Below are positions 61,542 to 64,000 of a stretch of 64,000 nt of DNA, piece by piece. Below the pieces are notes generated by a model. The model saw only the letters and a list, made by a program, of their open reading frames with translations. It did no database searches and was not told where the DNA came from. How positions within the stretch are numbered: position 1 is the stretch's first letter; every line of letters starts with the position of its first letter. The DNA comes from Aquabacterium fontiphilum (GTDB lineage: Bacteria; Pseudomonadota; Gammaproteobacteria; Burkholderiales; Burkholderiaceae_C), in NCBI RefSeq assembly GCF_009909205.1, contig NZ_JAAAPN010000005.1, positions 84,847 to 148,846 of the forward strand. Direction: 5' to 3'. A program made the position numbers and the translations under genes.

Positions 61542-63953
61542 ATGACCGACCCCCTGGCCAGCTATCGGACCAAGCGGCGCTTTGCCAGCACGCCTGAGCC
61601 CTCTGGTGACGAGTCGGGCGCTGCGACGGAGCGCAGGCGCGGCCGTGGCCGCGTGCGACAAGGCGAGCGCGCCGGCTTGGCCGAGCGGGCCTTTGTGGTG
61701 CAGCGCCACCAGGCTCGGCGCCTGCATTTCGACTTCCGGCTGGAGCTCGATGGGGTGCTCAAGAGTTGGGCCGTGCCGAAAGGGCCCAGCCTGGATCCGG
61801 CCGACCGTCGCATGGCCATCGAGGTGGAAGACCACCCGCTGGCCTATGCGCGATTCGAAGGCGTCATCCCGCCGGGGCACTACGGTGCCGGCACCGTTCA
61901 GATCTGGGACGAGGGCACATGGCATCCGCTGGGCGATGCGCAGGCGGGCTACCGCGCCGGCAAGCTGCGTTTCGCGCTACAGGGTCAGCGCTTGACAGGG
62001 GTGTGGAATCTGGTGCGGCTGCGCGGTCACGAGGGCGATCGCCAGCCGCCCTGGCTGCTCATCAAGGAACGAGATGGCAGCACCCCCGTCGCCGCGCCAC
62101 GCGGTGACCCAGGCGGCTTGCCGCCTAAGCTGTCGCCCGCGCTGGCCACGCTGGTGTCAGCCCCGCCCGCCGCCGGTGAATGGCTGTACGAAATCAAGTT
62201 CGACGGCTACCGCATCCTGGCGCGCGTGGCGGATGGCGAGGTGCGTCTGTTCACCCGCCAGGGGCTGGACTGGACGCATCGGCTCCCGGCGCTGGCGCGT
62301 GATCTGGCCCAGCCCGCGCTGGCGGGTTGCTGGCTGGACGGCGAGATCGTGCTGCCTGCCGCAGACGGGACCGCGGATTTCCAGGCCTTGCAGGCCGCTT
62401 TCGAGGTAGGCCGAACCGACGAGATCGTCTACCACGTGTTCGACCTGCCCTTCGCGGCCCACGAGGATCTGCGCGCGCAGCCCTTGTATCTTCGGCGTGA
62501 AGCCTTAAGGGAACGTGTGCTGGCGCTGAGCGCGCCCCGCGTGCGGTTCAGCGAAGACTTCCCCGTGGCGCCCCAGGCGCTGTTGCACGCGGCATGTGCC
62601 TTGCGGGTCGAAGGGGTGATGGGCAAACGCCGCGAGGCCCCTTACCCGCAGGGCCGCAGCGCCGATTGGATCAAGCTCAAGTGCACGCAGCGGCAGGAGT
62701 TCGTCGTCGCGGGCTACACCGCGCCAAAAGGCGGGCGCATCGGGATTGGCGCCCTGGTGCTCGGCGTGCACGACGCGGCTGGGGGGCTGCACCATGTCGG
62801 GCAGGTGGGAACGGGCTTCACCGAGGCGGCCTTGCGTGGTCTGCACACTCAACTCACGCGGCTGCACAGCGACACCATGCCCTTCGTGGCGCTGCCCAAA
62901 GGATTGAAGGCGCGGTGGGTGAAGCCCGTGCTGGTCGCAGAAGTGTCGTTTGCCGCCTGGACGCGTGACGGCCACCTGCGACAGGCCGTCTTCCATGGCC
63001 TGCGTGATGACAAGCCGGCCCGTCAGGTCCGGCGGGACAAGCCCGTTGCCCCACCGTTGGAGGCACCCAAGCGTGGACCGATGCTGGCACGGTTTCGTGT
63101 CACGAACCCGCACCGCGTGGTGGACGCGGCTTCTGGTCTGACCAAGCAGGACCTGGTCGACTACGCCGCAGCAGCCAGCCGCCGCTGGCTGCCTCAACTC
63201 GCCGACCGCCCGGTGGCGCTGCTGCGAGCGCCCGACGGACTGGCGGGCGAGACCTTCTTTCAGAAGCATGCCGGCGGCGCGGGCCTCAAGGGGTTGACCC
63301 GCCTGCCGGCAGCGCTCGATCCGGGCCATCCGCCGCTGCTGGCCGTCCAGAATGTGCAGGCCTTGCTGGACGCCATGCAGGCCAATGTGCTGGAGCTGCA
63401 CACATGGAACGGTCGGGCGCGCGATCTGGCGCACCCGGATCGCATGACTTTCGATCTGGACCCCGGCGAGGGCGTGCCCTGGGCGCGTGTGCAGGAGGCG
63501 GCGCAGCTGGTGCGCGCCCTGCTCGAAGAACTGGGGCTGCGCAGCTTCCTCAAGACCAGCGGGGGCAAGGGCTTGCATGTGGTGGTACCGATTGCGCCAC
63601 GCGAGGGGTGGGACGAGGTCAAAGCCTTGTCGCATGCGGTGGTTCGCCACCTCGCCGCCACGCTGCCGGATCGCTTCGTCAGCAAGAGCGGTCCGCGCAA
63701 CCGCGTGGGACGCATTTTTGTTGACTACTTGCGCAACGGCCGTGGCGCCACCACGGTGTCGGCGTGGTCGCCGCGCGCCCGGCCGGGTCTGGGGGTGTCG
63801 GTGCCGGTGGACTGGTCGGAACTGTCTGATCTGCGCGGTGGCGCCCACTGGACGGTGCGGACCGTCGGGGCTCGCCTGGTCGAGCCCGACCCCTGGGCGG
63901 GCATGGCGCGATTGCGGCAAAGCTTGCGCTCACTGCGCAGGGCGCTCGGGTGA
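61542..63953 (+). CDS. ligD: Multidomain ATP-dependent DNA ligase D (phosphoesterase-ligase-polymerase order)
   Basis: N-terminal PE domain (…FVVQRHQARRLHFDFRLE…), ligase (…YEIKFDGYRIL…, adenylation Lys in KFDG), C-terminal primase-polymerase (…FLKTSGGKGLHVVVP…). Start at Met68 of the track ORF. Divergent from ku. Confidence 0.9.
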   Translation: MTDPLASYRTKRRFASTPEPSGDESGAATERRRGRGRVRQGERAGLAERAFVVQRHQARRLHFDFRLELDGVLKSWAVPKGPSLDPADRRMAIEVEDHPLAYARFEGVIPPGHYGAGTVQIWDEGTWHPLGDAQAGYRAGKLRFALQGQRLTGVWNLVRLRGHEGDRQPPWLLIKERDGSTPVAAPRGDPGGLPPKLSPALATLVSAPPAAGEWLYEIKFDGYRILARVADGEVRLFTRQGLDWTHRLPALARDLAQPALAGCWLDGEIVLPAADGTADFQALQAAFEVGRTDEIVYHVFDLPFAAHEDLRAQPLYLRREALRERVLALSAPRVRFSEDFPVAPQALLHAACALRVEGVMGKRREAPYPQGRSADWIKLKCTQRQEFVVAGYTAPKGGRIGIGALVLGVHDAAGGLHHVGQVGTGFTEAALRGLHTQLTRLHSDTMPFVALPKGLKARWVKPVLVAEVSFAAWTRDGHLRQAVFHGLRDDKPARQVRRDKPVAPPLEAPKRGPMLARFRVTNPHRVVDAASGLTKQDLVDYAAAASRRWLPQLADRPVALLRAPDGLAGETFFQKHAGGAGLKGLTRLPAALDPGHPPLLAVQNVQALLDAMQANVLELHTWNGRARDLAHPDRMTFDLDPGEGVPWARVQEAAQLVRALLEELGLRSFLKTSGGKGLHVVVPIAPREGWDEVKALSHAVVRHLAATLPDRFVSKSGPRNRVGRIFVDYLRNGRGATTVSAWSPRARPGLGVSVPVDWSELSDLRGGAHWTVRTVGARLVEPDPWAGMARLRQSLRSLRRALG

Positions 63954-64000
63954 GCAGCGCCGGCTCTGCTGTGCTGCATCCGTTTGCAACCTGACTGCGT

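Noticed and set aside
62505-63920. 471-aa minus-strand ORF inside ligD
   Set aside because: Antisense to a CDS with clear LigD PE/ligase/polymerase motifs, with no RBS or domain.

Overview
This is a high-GC (~68-70%) chromosomal segment, probably from a Betaproteobacteria/Burkholderiales-like genome. The guess rests on gene content (intracellular PHB depolymerase, prpE, a sigma54/RtcR-controlled rtcBA operon, Ku-LigD) and is inference only. The core backbone carries an AraC regulator, an AEC transporter, a ~1970-aa tandem-duplicated UvrA-like protein with four ABC ATPase modules, a chemoreceptor, uspA, phaZ, prpE, lpxC, a pterin module (FolM-like SDR + folB), ttcA, glmU, a J-domain protein and glmS. 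Immediately downstream of glmS (about 27.8-48.0 kb) lies a ~20 kb block of visibly lower GC with no integrase or transposase in the window, which looks like an acquired island. It contains four elements. (i) A minus-strand module of a soluble SPFH/band-7 protein, a Trp-rich unknown protein and a membrane-anchor-less FtsH-like protein (P-loop ATPase fused to an M41 HEAGH zinc peptidase). (ii) A minus-strand tRNA array (Glu-TTC, His-GTG, Pro-TGG, Arg-ACG) with several non-canonical members, tRNA-like remnants and a co-oriented HNH endonuclease. (iii) An rtcR (sigma54-dependent activator whose N-terminal domain resembles the RtcR ligand-sensing domain)-sigma54 promoter-rtcB-nucleotidyltransferase-rtcA RNA-repair locus. 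(iv) A translationally coupled five-gene cassette (SWIM zinc finger, unknown, MoxR-type AAA ATPase, unknown, VWA) of unknown function. Past the island the GC returns to backbone level, with a YdiJ-like FAD/Fe-S oxidase, a PoxB-like pyruvate oxidase, a type-A chloramphenicol acetyltransferase operon, a GAF-PAS-GGDEF protein, SDRs and a divergent Ku/LigD NHEJ pair. Coordinates come from the supplied ORF track plus residue offsets. tRNA and repeat coordinates were read by eye and may be off by 1-2 nt. Many long antisense ORFs in the track are GC-shadow artefacts and were not called.
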